Shown: one piece after another, positions 1 to 23,197 of the stretch | Position numbering within the stretch: position 1 is the first letter of the stretch | Layout of the letters: every line of letters starts with the position of its first letter | Assembly: GCA_950097015.1 (NCBI GenBank) | Contig: CATNEN010000007.1 | Location: 9,920,001 to 9,984,000 of the forward strand | Direction: 5' to 3' | From: Macrostomum hystrix | Lineage: Eukaryota; Animalia; Platyhelminthes | DNA: 64,000 nt | Program-made: the position numbers and the translations under genes | Notes under the pieces: model-generated | What the model was told of the DNA's origin: nothing | Databases searched by the model: none | The model's input: only the letters and a program-made list of their open reading frames with translations

Positions 1-404
1 CCCCATTTGAACCATCAGTGTTGGTCACGTGACTAAACCCCATTTGCACCATCAGTGTTGGTCACGTGACTAAACCCGATCTGAACCATCAGTGTTGGTC
101 ACGTGACTAAACCCCATTTGAACCATCAGTGTTGGTCACGTGACTAAATCCCATTTGAATCATCAGTGTTGGTCACGTGACTAAACCCCATTTGCACCAT
201 CAGTGTTGGTCACGTGACTAAACCCGATCTGAACCATCAGTGTTGGTCACGTGACTAAACCTCATTTGAACCATCAGTGTTGGTCACGTGACTAAACCCG
301 ATCTGAACCATCAGTGTTGGTCACGTGACTAAACCTCATTTGAACCATCAGTGTTGGTCACGTGACTAAACCCCATTTGAACCATCAGTGTTGGTCACGT
401 GACT
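1..404. repeat. Minisatellite, 37-bp unit (CCCCATTTGAACCATCAGTGTTGGTCACGTGACTAAA), ~11 copies, truncated by window start
   Basis: Head-to-tail near-identical units read directly; each contains the palindrome GTCACGTGAC. Confidence 0.97.
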
Positions 405-1290
405 GTCTAAAACCTAGCCTGAAATTTCGATTAACTTTAGGTATAATTAAAAAAATTATGAATAATGTATAATATAAAGCAAAAAATATCATTAAAAACT
501 AATCATTAACTCAGTGGCGAAGTCCAACTAGGACAAAAGTAGGTTCCGTAGAGTTTGCTTGACAAAACTAGGTTGGTAAGACAAATAGTCATTTGCTTCC
601 AGCCGAGTTTCTGTATAAAGAATAAACAAACAGCTGGAAGCCCGACAGCGCGCATTGTCAGCGGCCGAGCTCAGGCGTCAGTCTCATTTTCAGAGCTGCT
701 CGGGCTGCTAGAGTGTTGTGGAGCCAAAGAGGACCCTGTCCTGTGGGCAATGGGCGGTGTTTTGGTTGAAGGCAAAACTTGTCAACTGAGCGGCAGCCAA
801 GTAAAGGGGGCTCAACTTTTTTCTGGGGCTTATGAGACCAAAGGGGTTAACGTGGATTTTATATTAATTGAAATGTGCGACACAAGGATATAAAATGTAA
901 TGCAATGTACAATTTCAGAGACAATTAGCGGTCGATAGGAGGTGTCGGTGAGAAAGCTGGTGAATACAAAAAAAACAAAGGTTTATCTGATTAATTATTT
1001 GTGTGAGTTTGAGAAAGAGATAATGCAATCGCTAATATATGCTCAGGTAGGCTGTGAAAAGGACTCCGAAACATATTTGGAAAGACCTGTGGTCGCTGAG
1101 TTCGCTTCAAACCTATTTAAGATGGGTCGCGAGTTCGAATCCCGGACATTGCCAGCTGCGGCGGGATGAGAAAGGTCAGGTCAGACCACATCCCGCCCAG
1201 CGGCCGTTCGCAGGATCAGGAATCGAGGAAATCGGCGACGCGATGGCACGGGCGCCGGCGCGGAGACGGAGGCGTCGGCGTCAACAGGGC

Positions 1291-1975
1291 TTGACAGCTG
1301 CTACATTCACAGTTGGGGGAGGAGAGCACCAATTGATTGATTGACAGCTGCTACATTCATAGTTGGGGGGAGAGCACCAATTGATTGATTGACAGCTGCT
1401 ACATTCACAGTTGGGGGAGAGCACCAATTGATTGATTGACAGCTGCTACATTCACAGTTGGGGGAGGAGAGCACCTATTGATTGATTGACAGCTGCTACA
1501 TTCACAGTTGGGGGGAGAGCACCTATTGATTGATTGACAGCTGCTACATTCACAGTTGGGGAGGAGAGCACCTATGATTGATTGACAGCTGCTACATTCA
1601 CAGTTGGGGGAGGAGAGCACCAATTGATTGATTGACAGCTGCTACATTCACAGTTGGGGGGAGAGCACCAATTGATTGATTGACAGCTGCTACATTCACA
1701 GTTGGGGGAGGAGAGCACCAATTGATTGATTGACAGCTGCTACATTCACAGTTGGGGGAGGAGAGCACCAATTGATTGATTGACAGCTGCTACATTCATA
1801 GTTGGGGGGAGAGCACCTATTGATTGATTGACAGCTGCTACATTCACAGTTGGGGGAGGAGAGCACCAATTGATTGATTGACAGCTGCTACATTCACAGT
1901 TGGGGGAGAGCACCAATTGATTGATTGACAGCTGCTACATTCACAGTTGGGGGAGAGCACCTATGATTGACTGAC
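1291..1975. repeat. Minisatellite, ~46-49-bp unit (TTGACAGCTGCTACATTCACAGTTGGGGGAGGAGAGCACCAATTGATTGA), ~14 copies
   Basis: Direct tandem units with a variable G-run. Confidence 0.97.
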
Positions 1976-3480
1976 CGTCAGACTTCACAGCATCAGCACC
2001 GAATCGATAATGGCTAATTAGATAAAATCAACGGTTTCAATTTCGGAGACGGAGGGAAAAGAAGGCAGACGGCAAAGAGAGGGCCAATCGAGTGGTGAGA
2101 CCAGCTATTGGTTTCCGGTGGCAGACCAGCGGCAGAATAATGCGATTAATAAAATCAATTTAAGCTCCAATTCAAAAACTTAAACAAAAAGCACGCAACA
2201 GATAAGCACCAATTCCGCAATTAAATACGTGTAAAATCATCACATTTCTACTTCAAGTAGCATGATCGACACGCGCAACTCAAGTAAGGATAAGCAAATG
2301 AAAAACTCAGTTTTTATAAACAGCACCGCAATTTGTGCAAAAAGCTAAGAATTTCGCAGCTGGAAATTTTCTGCGGGCCGCAACCTGCCGCCGGAGGATG
2401 CGATTTTTTTCTCAAATCTTTCGCGTCGCGCTCAGGGCCAGGCGGAACTCCGCTAGTCTTACCTCTGGCCAAGTCGATCGTACTTCCGAGGCAGCGCGTT
2501 CTTCTGCTGAGCGGGTGCGGGCGTTGGGGCATTGTTAGCATGCGGTGGCCGAGACCCATCACAGAGTGCGAGTCGGAGAGCGAGGCAGAGTTAAAAATGT
2601 TATAGCCTCATAAAAAAACAGATCGTGCACTTTAGTAGGTCGGTCAGTGAGCCTGCGCAGACTTTGCACAGGTGAAATCACGATTCCGAAGAAAATAAAA
2701 ATTAATTAAAATGACAAAATTAAGTTCAACAGAAAAGCTAGTAAACAAGCGGTGCAAACGTCACCATGACAACAAGGCTGGCTAGCAATCAATAAAACTC
2801 GACATTGGCAGCTGTTGCTATGACAACATATAACCTGATGAGTAACAGCGTGATCCCAGTCACCCAAAGTATTCATCAGTGCTGCTTTACCCTCGCCTCG
2901 TCCGCAGAGAGTCTTGACCGGCCTCTCACACTGTGGTCGGGGATCAGTGGAGGTGGGTAGGGCGGAGCATAATGGGAGAAACGGGATGAGAGTATGAGGT
3001 TAGGCTGGATGAGCCAATGGCAGTCACTCACGCAGCACAAACAGAATCTGAACTTTCTGAAGCCGGCACTTTCAGGTGCCAAGGGTCCTGAGTTTGAGTC
3101 CGCTGTGAGGCCTCACATTCATTTCGGGGGCGCATTTAATCGCGTTGAGACAGATAAACCTGACAATGGGTAAGTCAGGAATCTGTGTTAGGTAACTGCT
3201 GTTTGCTAATAGGCATATTTGTGTACTGATTGTGGCACATTCTGCATTGCGGCTTCAGCACTCGCAGCATGTCACTCATTCGCACTCAGCTTCAAGACGC
3301 ACCTTGCAGTGGTGGCCGATGACAGCGGCTGAAGACCGAGTATTGGCACTGGGTCGAGCTGCAAAGCATTTGATTGAGTAGAAAAATCAAACCTCGGAGG
3401 TGGGGGGTTTGTAGGAAGCTGAGAAGCATCGCGGGGGTGATGTACTCGCGAGAGCTCGATGTTCCACCAGCGGATTCCAA

Positions 3481-4406
3481 GAAACGGTTGGGAAGGGATG
3501 GAAACCGTTGGGAAGGGATGGAAACAGTTGGGAAGGGATGGAAACGGTTGGGAAGGGATGGAAACCGTTGGGAAGGGATGGAAACAGTTGGGAAGGGATG
3601 GAAACGGTTGGAAAGGGATGGAAACCGTTGGGAAGGGATTGAAACGGTTGGGAAGGGATGGAAACGGTTGGGAAGGGATGGAAACGGCTGAAAAGGGATG
3701 GAAACAGTTGGGAAGGGATTGAAACGGTTGGGAAGGGATGGAAACGGTTTGGAAGGGATGGAAACGGTTGGGAAGGGATGGAAACGGTTGGGAAGAGATG
3801 GAAACAGTTGGGAAGGCATGGAAACCGTTGGGAAGGGATTGAAACGGTTGGGAAGGGATGGAAACAGTTGGGAAGGGATGGAAACGGTTGGGAAGGGATG
3901 GAAACCGTTGGGAAGGGATGGAAACAGTTGGGAAGGGATGGAAACGGTTGGAAAGGGATGGAAACAGTTGGGAAGGGATGGAAACCGTTGGGAAGGGATT
4001 GAAACAGTTGGGAAGGGATGGAAACGGTTGGGAAGGGATTGAAACGGTTGGGAAGGGATTGAAACAGTTGGGAAGGGATTGAAACGGTTGGGAAGGGATT
4101 GAAATGGTTGGGAAGGGATTGAAACGGTTGAAAAGGGATGGAAACGGTTGGGAAGGGATTGAAACGGTTGGGAAGGGATTGAAACGGTTGGGAAGGGATT
4201 GAAACGGTTGGGAAGGGATTGAAACGGTTGAAAAGGGATGGAAACGGTTGGGAAGGGATGGAAACGGTTGGGAAGGGATGGAAACAGTTGGGAAGGGATT
4301 GAAACGGTTGGGAAGGGATGGAAACGGTTTGGAAGGGATGGAAACAGTTGGGAAGGGATGGAAACGGTTGGGAAGGGATTGAAACGGTTGGGAAGGGATG
4401 GAAACG
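3481..4406. repeat. Minisatellite, 20-bp unit (GAAACGGTTGGGAAGGGATG), ~46 copies
   Basis: Direct tandem units; they explain the repetitive ORFs at 3272-4549. Confidence 0.97.
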
Positions 4407-4534
4407 AAATAGGAAAGCACGGTGCGAAAACTGCTCATACAGGCGAGTGCCGTACAGCGCAGAAGCAGCGCGGCTTGGCGCGCAGATGGCTAGCATATGT
4501 CAGCGGTGCAAGCTGGCGCTCTACGAATGAGTGC

Positions 4535-15171
<10,637 letters not shown>

Positions 15172-17452
15172 GGCTGCTGCTGGCTTTCAGAAGAAGGCCT
15201 GCAGCGGCTGCTGTAAGAGCAGTGACTGGCTTTTGTGTAATAAAAATAGTTATAACGAAAACTACAATGATAACAATAACAATTAAATTATATTCTAAAG
15301 AAAAAAGTAAGCACTTAATTAAAACAGTCATTACAACAGTAAAACAGTGACAAACTTAAAACAGTCAAATCCAGACTTTGGCTAGAAAATAAATAAATTT
15401 CTTTATGAAAAACTCTATGAAAATTATATACAGCTACTTACTGTTAACATTGTACAAAAATAGACATCTTAATTCATGAAATATGAGAACATATATTTTA
15501 CTGTACATTTAAAGCAGTCAAAAAAATAAAATTCACCTTTAAAAATCAATATTATTAAAATATATATATGTAAAATGTTGTTGTTTTTTGCTGGTTACCT
15601 AATGCGGTTAAAAGCAGAAAAGTGGAAGCAATCATTCAGCTTTTAGGAAAAGACCTATGTATATACTGGTCAAGCTAAAACACAATAAAAAAATTTTAAA
15701 CTTGCCTGCAATAAGTTAATCAGTTATAAAAAACATATTACAAAGAAATCGAAAGATAGATAATTATATCTCGAATATAATCGAAAATATATTCGATTAC
15801 ATTTAGCTGAAGGGAATGCTCAAAAACATAAGACGAAACGCTGGAATAGTTCTGGCTACTGTTGTCAACATAGCAAACTAAAATTAAACCTTATAAATTA
15901 AGACGACTATTAGAAATGCATATAAAACAATTCTTAACAAAAATTCTTAACACATTTCAATCTAGTATACTTTTGCTACTTAGCAAGTTAGCATTTATCA
16001 TAAATGCATTTTGGCTGTTACCTGTTGACTAACTTGTGTTGGTTCGATTGTCGATAAACACAAGCAAGGAAATATGGCAATACGATCGAAACGCACAAAT
16101 GGCTTAATGACGGTATTAAGAGCACTTAAACAGATGGGGAGACGAACCAAGCCAAATTGCACAAAAATCAATTACAATTACCGGGGGATCGAATGAGGAG
16201 GCGAACGGTATAGGAAAATTCAATTTATTGTTCGGAAAAAAGAAACCAAGGCCTGAAATCAAATATACAAGCAACTCATGTGCACGATTTTAAACAAATC
16301 AAGAAAAGTTTTAGCACTAGAAAATATTTTTTCTTATTGCTATTTTTTAGAAAGATGTATTTACTTACTTATCTTGTCGCTACGAATATTTATTTTAAAA
16401 TAAAATCAAAGGAAAAAGCGATGCTGGAAGAAAGCTGATTGGCTGTAAACAAGTTATTCACATAGGCTCGACTTAGCCTTTAGCCCCCAGAAGACAACAA
16501 ACATAATCACCTTAATAATCCCCTCCACTGATAATATACAGACAACACTATTGGCAGACCAGTGAACCAACTCCCTCACCCCCAAGCAGCAGTGAACCAA
16601 TTCCCCCTTGCAGCAGAGAACTAATGCCCCCCAGCAGCCAGCAGCAAAGAATTACTGCCCACTAGCAACAGAAAAACTAATGCCCCCAGCAACAGGGCAT
16701 TAGGTGAATGCAGCGAATTCAGGGCAGGGCAGGGCAGGCATCAGGGTGTCAGGGCAGGCATCAACGGCATCTGAAAGCAAGCGGTGATTTTGATTTTGTA
16801 AAAGTTTAGAAATGCGACATCTATCATAACATACCACTGATAAATAAGATTCACAGTAGCACAATTTTATTTCTTAAATTACTTCGCATCAGCAAAAAAC
16901 AAGTAAATAATTCGGCTTTCATCTCCTGTTGATTTAAAAACAACCAAGACAGTCACTTCAAACAAAATTAACCTGCAGGTGGGGCAATAAACGATCTCAA
17001 TCACCCCCCTCCCTCTTACACCCCCTCCCTAATTTCTCATCCCTCTGCCTACTCCTTTTTCTTTTCTCGCTTCTCCCTCCTACTCTTCGCGTTCATTTTG
17101 GTCCGTTCCCAATTCCTTCCCAATTATGAATTTCCTTTGATCCGATAAATTTCATTTTGACACTCAATATTCACTCATTGAATAATTTAGTTTCATAGCC
17201 GTATTGTTTTACATTGGATGTGCTGTTCTGGCTTCCGATGAGCCATTTAGCCCTCACTGTTAAGGAGGAAGTATCATTTGCGTGAGTGTGAGTCTGGGTG
17301 TTCACTTATTGGTTCTTACTTAGCACGATAGAAAAAGCGTCATCTCATCTACAAACTTGTATTTAGATGTAAAATGCACTTAATCAGTAAGTCACATCTG
17401 AACTCATTCAGCTTTAGTTGTCTTGTATTTATTAGTATGAACTGTCAATATT

Positions 17453-17683
17453 GCTTGCCTATATGTTTGGAAAGAAATGATTATCAGTGAAAAGGTAAAA
17501 TATAAGTATATATTTCATACTTTCTACTTGCAGTAGACGAGTAGCATGATTCATGTAACATTTATCGGAATTCCCCCAAGTCCACCGAATGTACGGCTAG
17601 CCCCCCCCCCCGTGTGTCCACATGGGTCCACACGGCTAGCCGATTATTTTTTGACTAGTGGAAGTGTCGGCTAGCCGGCGGCC
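17453..17683 (+). repeat. Dispersed repeat, copy 1 (CGGCTAGC-rich, probable DNA-transposon relic)
   Basis: 17567-17683 closely matches 19100-19219; upstream 21-mer GCTTGCCTATATGTTTGGAAA is shared at 17453 and 19032. Confidence 0.8.
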
Positions 17684-18332
17684 CAACGCACAACCACAAA
17701 CAAGCAGGCATGCAGAAGGCAGGGGTTAAGCTATTTTAAATTAGCTTTGGTTGCACATAATAAGGTGCATCTCCGTAATTGGCGAATTGAAAGTTTTTTA
17801 CTTTTTGTCATTTTTTTGTTATTTCACACTTCTATTAATCTGTCATCTGTTTCTATTCTAAAATATGCATAGAATATATTTTTGCGATTGAATTCGTCCA
17901 AACTGCAAAACCTTTGGCCCACTAACGCTTTCTTAATGGGAGCTAAATTTAGATCATACCATGGACAACTGTGTTCACGCAAAACGGTTCATCCAGTTTG
18001 TAAAACATTTCGTCTAAACCCTTCGTCCAAACAGCTAACAGCTAAACGGAGCGACTTATTTCATATCACGAGATATTGAACAAAGCAAAAACAGTGTCTC
18101 TTGTTAGAATGTTAGTTCAAAATGTCTTCGTAGTCCAAACAGCGGCCGTAGTAACCCACAGTGTGATTGGCCCATTGCTGCCACTTCTCCTGTGTAATCA
18201 CGTGCAGTGCCGTCCTAGCCAAAAATCTATAATTCATTAGGCCAGAGTTTCCCATATGCAACATTCGTTCGCCACTGCTTCTAGCGGACAACTGTAGTTT
18301 CTTTCGAAAAATGGCTTTGTCTCATTTAATAG

Positions 18333-18947
18333 CAGGCGCGTAACCAGGATTTTGTTTCGGGGGGGGGATGCAAAAGTACTTTTGAAAACGATTGCACTCT
18401 ATTTTCGTTTTTCTTTTATCCCTATTGTACTCGTATAAAACAAAATTGATGAGGACCGGACCTCTCCAAGTTTAACTCAATTAAATGTTGCTACTAAGGA
18501 TGAGACATCAACATCAATCATTGTTTATTTTATTGAGCGTGTAAAAAGTCGACCAGCTATGCATTCTATTCCAGTTAATTAGCTAATCACATAATTACAT
18601 ATAATCTATAAGACAGGGCAGGAATTGAAAAATAGCTAGCTTCCTTCCTTCAACCCTCCCCCCGCCCGTCCCCCTTGCCCCCTCCCCCCGGCAAGGAACT
18701 TAGAGTTGAGGAACTTAACTCTAAATGAAGGGCAAGGGTCTTTTCAAATCTCATTATGCCATCTGTATTCTCACTATTCTGTAATCTGCTCGTACATTTA
18801 CTGGCAGTGGCACTTGGCAGGCAGGCTCCCGTCACTCCAGTCACTGATAAAATAAGCAAAAGTGTAAAAAATTCATTACCTAAATTTTTTTTCTTCAGCC
18901 CTTCGGGGGGGATGTATCCCCCCATCCCCCCCTTGGATACGCCACTG
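18333..18947. mobile_element. Non-autonomous hAT-type DNA transposon (MITE-like), 615 bp
   Basis: Imperfect TIRs CAGGCGCGTAACCAGG... / ...CTTGGATACGCCACTG with subterminal G/C runs; perfect 8-bp target-site duplication TTTAATAG at 18325-18332 and 18948-18955. Confidence 0.85.
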
Positions 18948-19031
18948 TTTAATAGTTTATAAAATTAATTTATCTCATTTAGCTACTTAGTCGAAGTTAT
19001 TCTACGCTACATCGTACATCGTAAAATAATG

Positions 19032-19219
19032 GCTTGCCTATATGTTTGGAAATCAATTATTTTTATAGTTATTTTACTACATGCAAGTGGGTTAGGAATG
19101 GAATTCCCCCAAGTCCACCGCCGGTACGGCTAGCCCCCCCCCCGTGGGTCCACATGGGTCCACCCGGCTAGCCGAGTAGTGGATTTTTGACTAGTGGAAG
19201 TGTCGGCTAGCCGGCGGCC
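19032..19219 (+). repeat. Dispersed repeat, copy 2
   Basis: Direct-orientation match to 17453-17683. Confidence 0.8.
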
Positions 19220-19741
19220 GCGAGCTGCCGTTAGATGCGCGTTGTATGGGGGGTGGGGCGGGTGTGAACCAATGTGTACTCTCGCCCCTACCCTTCAGGC
19301 ATGTAAGTCCTCCCCTGGTTTGATCTGCTCTGTGCGTGTGCGGGCCTGGGGTGAGAGGCACTCCGGCTGCCGCCCCCTTCCCCGCTTGGCTTGCTGCTGT
19401 GTGTGAGGTCCCTGTGTCCAGGGGTCCAGATGGCGCGATGGGCGACTCCCGCCTAGTTCACCGGCCTGAGGGCACGCCGTGCCTGTGCTTGTGCGTCAAG
19501 TGCCCCTGGCAAATAAGCAAATAAGCAAAAACTAAGCAAGACCAGTCGTCTGCAGACTGCAGCCACCGCTCGCACTGAGTGACCAAGACATTCACTCACG
19601 TACAGGCGGCCTCTCCTGTCCAGTCCACGGCCACACCACACCCACTGGCAAATCATACAATTTGAGATCGCAACGCTCAGTCGGTTGGGAGTCGACCACC
19701 TACTGGGAGTCCATGCCCACTCTGTGCACCTGCTTGTGCTT

Positions 19742-20180
19742 CTAGTCCATTACCAGAATGCAGTTGTCGTGAATCGCCAGGTTGCTTAGTCGAGCATCAG
19801 GAAGCTCAGACAGCGTGATGAACGTCTCCATCTCACTTGTCGCTTTGCTGAATGCAACAATTTTGTTGCCACCGGACACAAACACGGAGGCTGAGTTGCC
19901 GCCGATTCCCTCAATGCCAAGAAAGCCCTCCATTTTTGGTTCATTCGACGCACTTTTCGACCGCTCAGGTCCGTCACTGTCAGTGCGTCTTCTTGAGCAA
20001 TGAACAGCAGCTGACGATCACAGTGAAAATCACAGATTGCCTTTTTCCTGTCGATGTTTCAGTGGCACCGCAGCTTCTTCGAGCCGTCCACAGACAGCAC
20101 CTGAAGGCAGTCCTCGCCGTCGAATGATGCGATGATGCAGGGCTGAGGCCGAGCCTCATCGCCGTCACCTCATTGCTCGT
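19742..20180 (-). pseudogene. Degraded coding remnant, beta-propeller (NHL-like) character
   Basis: LQVLSVDGSKKLRCH*NIDRKKAICDFHCDRQLLFIAQEDALTVTDLSGRKVRR, a frameshift, then GIEGIGGNSASVFVSGGNKIVAFS...LSNLAIHDNCILVMD. Blade-like beta-strand spacing with an internal stop. Family call is by eye only. Confidence 0.4.
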
Positions 20181-20937
20181 ATCTTTAATTTTCTCTAGGA
20201 CATAACCACGGTGAGCAGTTTTTTTAATTACTCGTAGAAACAAATCGTGCATAGACCTCAGAAAAGGATTCTAATCCCAAAAACGATAGTTGTTTCAAAT
20301 GCCAAAAAACTGCTTCAGTCATAATAGATTAGTTAGTTTTGAATGTTAAATTTAAGTTTAGAAAATGCATCACCTAAAATTTTTCAAATACTTCAAATAC
20401 TTTTGAAGACTTTAGAAGTTCTACTGGTGGTCTACTGTTCCTTGTCACCGCAGTGTGACACAAAGAATCGTCGAATGAAAGCAGTTAGATGTCAGAATTA
20501 TAATTAATCAGCTCCAAGTTAAAGTTTAAATCATCCGCCCCTCACCACCGACAGGCCACACATGATTTCTGAAGACGCGTCTGTCTGTTTCTATTCGTAT
20601 TCAATATACAGGTCCAATTCACATTTTGAAACTTATTGACGAAAAAGTCTTTATTCGACTTCTCAACTTACGAGTCCAAGTGTTACATCGAAAAGTCTTC
20701 AATTGCTATGTAGTGACAGTACATAAAATACGATAAAAATGATTAAAAAAGGTAACATTTAATCTTTAAAAACAACATTTTAATGAGGCCAAGCTACGAT
20801 CGAGTCTGTCAGTTTGCGGTAGTGTGGCACACTGTCATTTTCACGGCTCTTCGTCCATCAGCAGGTCGAAGTGGACTTCTGAAAACAAAATGGGAGGCTT
20901 GCATGATTGCAGTGCATTAAATTAGAAAATAAACGCA

Positions 20938-21010
20938 ATTTTTACTCGCAGATTCCACACAGATTCCACGCAGATTCGCAGATTCCACCCGTAAAATACG
21001 GAAAGTAGTG
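20938..21010 (-). mobile_element. Solitary CACTA-like transposon end
   Basis: Minus strand begins CACTACTTTCC followed by repeated (G)GAATCTG(C/T)G subterminal motifs; no partner end seen. Confidence 0.3.
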
Positions 21011-21466
21011 TTACTTTTACAAATGTTGGGGACATTTGGTTAGTCGCATCCAAACAAATTTGGTGTCGTTTGAAAGCGGAAAGTCTCTTACTCAAAACGA
21101 CTTTTAGAGCAATCTGTTTGGATTTAGCTCGTATATTTCTATAGAACGTGTACTTAAGTATTGGGAGCAGCGATATACTTGTACAGAACCTCAAATATCT
21201 GCAAAGAGTATAGCATTCTACTCAGTGGCAATCAATACTTTTCTCGAATGCCTCAGTTTTACGGTCAAAATTGGCACAGAAAAAGAAGGGCCAGAGAGGG
21301 CGAGCAAGCAACTCAATTATTGCACATGCCTATAGCTATACATCAGGAACACAGCTTCTGAGTTAACACGCCGTTCCCACACATTGAGCTGGGTCATTTC
21401 ACTTAAAGAAAAATGTCGAATTTCCCAAACAAACAGACTATGAGAATCAGACTGCATGCAGATTAC

Positions 21467-21865
21467 CTATCGGCAGGCGAGACTCTTTGCTCTTGTTCTG
21501 GAACTCCAGCAGTAGCCGCAGCGTCCTATTGGCGTGGCTCAGCCTTGTGGTGTAGTTTATTATCCGCAGGGCGTCTTCCAGTGGCTGCATCTGCGAGAAG
21601 ATGAGAAAGTCCAGGATGATGAAGATAACTAAATATCCTCAGAAATTTGTGATACAAGTTAGAGCCACAATTTAGCTGCGTAGGTGGCTTTTACAGGGAG
21701 GGCTAGGGAGTCTACCACCTCAACTACCTTCCCGCCGACTGACCGTGTCCGCATCGCGGAGTTGAATGTCCTTCCGAGGCACGCGCAGCCTCTCGGCAAG
21801 CTTCAGCTTCAGATTGCCCACGTAGATCCAGTTGCAGAACTCTGAGATGCTCAGGGCCTCTGCTG
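21467..21865 (-). CDS. Two orphan exon-like segments encoding a ubiquitin-like-fold fragment
   Basis: ~21865-21744 (donor GTCAGT) joined in phase 0 to 21590-21467 (acceptor TTCTCGCAG, donor GTAATC) gives YVGNLKLKLAERLRVPRKDIQLRDADT|MQPLEDALRIINY; parent gene not identified. Confidence 0.35.
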
Positions 21866-22204
21866 CTGTTGCATGATTTGCCGTCATTTTATTATTCATT
21901 TCTGATTCCAGCAGCATTTGCAGCGCCTCTTCATGCAAACAGCATTGCACAGGTGAAGAAATTTTTTATACGTTGACTGGGTTGATTCCATAGACAAAGC
22001 CTAAGAAACACAGCCATTATGATTTATTGTGGATTAAGTGTCCGACTTCAAATCATGAGCGAAGAAACAAACTGGAATTCTACTCTGAATGAACAATTTA
22101 TCAGCACGTACATTTTGACGTCTTTTGTCCCATCTGTTCAATCACCTAGCTGTCGAACAGGTCATGAACTTCCTTTCTCTTCCACAAGTTTTTTGCTCTA
22201 TGAT

Positions 22205-22363
22205 CAATTCTCAATCCACTGCCTCCTCTAATTGAATCCAGATCCCTGCAGTCTCCACTTTGAATCTCAATCCACTGCCTCCTCTTTGAATCCCGATCCC
22301 AGTCTCCACTGTGAGTCTCAATCCACTGTCTCCTCTTTGAATCCCTCAGTCCTCAGTCTCCAC
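22205..22363. repeat. Degenerate ~52-bp tandem repeat, 3 copies
   Basis: TCTCAATCCACTG(C/T)CTCCTCT...GAATCC...CAGTCTCCACT recurs three times. Confidence 0.8.
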
Positions 22364-22537
22364 TATTTTATTATTCATCTATGAAAAAAGCATTCAGTCA
22401 GATACGAAATAGCTTAAATTAATATACTCTTAATTTCTCAATCACATTTTTTATTTCGAGCGTAAATGTGCGTGTCAGCTTACTAATACGAGTCAGGACC
22501 ACTAGAAGGACGGGATAATTCTTTTCTGGAAGTGCTT

Positions 22538-23197
22538 ATTCCCACGGTCCCATGCCGATAATTTCAATTTTATCCACACGGATCCGTGCCGATAATTTTC
22601 TGCTTATCCACACGGCAGCTTGTATGAATAGGTCTACTTTCAAGTCCCTACCTGTTCTTCTCTGAGCATAAGGCTTTTGCTTCAGAGTATAGTGTATAGT
22701 GTACACTATCAATGCATAGTGTAAAATAATAACAATGATGTGTGATAATATGTGTGACGAGTTTGGTGCTGACTAGAATTCTGCTGGTTGACTCGTATGT
22801 GTTTCTTTGGTAGACTTCTTACTTTTTAAGCCAATAAAATTCGAATGAAAACACGTAACGATGACAAAAGATTTAGTAAGTTGTTATTACAATAATTAAA
22901 AAGGATGACATTAATGTCGGTTAATGAATGTGTAGGTCAATGTAGAACACTGTCGTAACACACTTGCAACATTGTCGATATATTGGCTCGAGGGTTCAAC
23001 AAAACCTTCAAACCCGAAAGGGCCTCGTTTCAAAAAACAGAACCGTGTGGATAAAATTGAAATTAACGGCACGGCATATTTATATAAAGAGTTGTAGACC
23101 TATTCATACAAGCTGCCGTGTGGATAAGATAAGCAGAAAATTATCGGCACGGATCCGTGTGGATAAAATTGAAATTATCGGCACGGGACCGTGGGAA
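22538..23197. mobile_element. Long inverted-repeat (foldback/MITE-like) structure: ~100-bp arms around a ~460-bp AT-rich spacer
   Basis: 22538-22637 is the reverse complement of 23095-23197 apart from a few differences; arms contain internal repeats (TTATCCACACGG, TGCCGATAATTT). Confidence 0.8.

Noticed and set aside
2314-2605. GC-rich segment with a strong minus-strand donor (AG|GTAAG at 2462), possibly the first exon of a gene running left
   Set aside because: No recognisable protein or matching downstream exon in the window
18205-18277. Tiny CAGTGCCG...CGCCACTG element resembling hAT termini
   Set aside because: No target-site duplication and too short to support
22570-23166. Five perfect DnaA boxes (TTATCCACA at 22570 and 22604; reverse at 23046, 23119 and 23158) around an AT-rich spacer, resembling a bacterial oriC
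   Set aside because: They are copies of one internal module (TTATCCACACGG) of the inverted-repeat element; there are no bacterial genes nearby, so the match is coincidental
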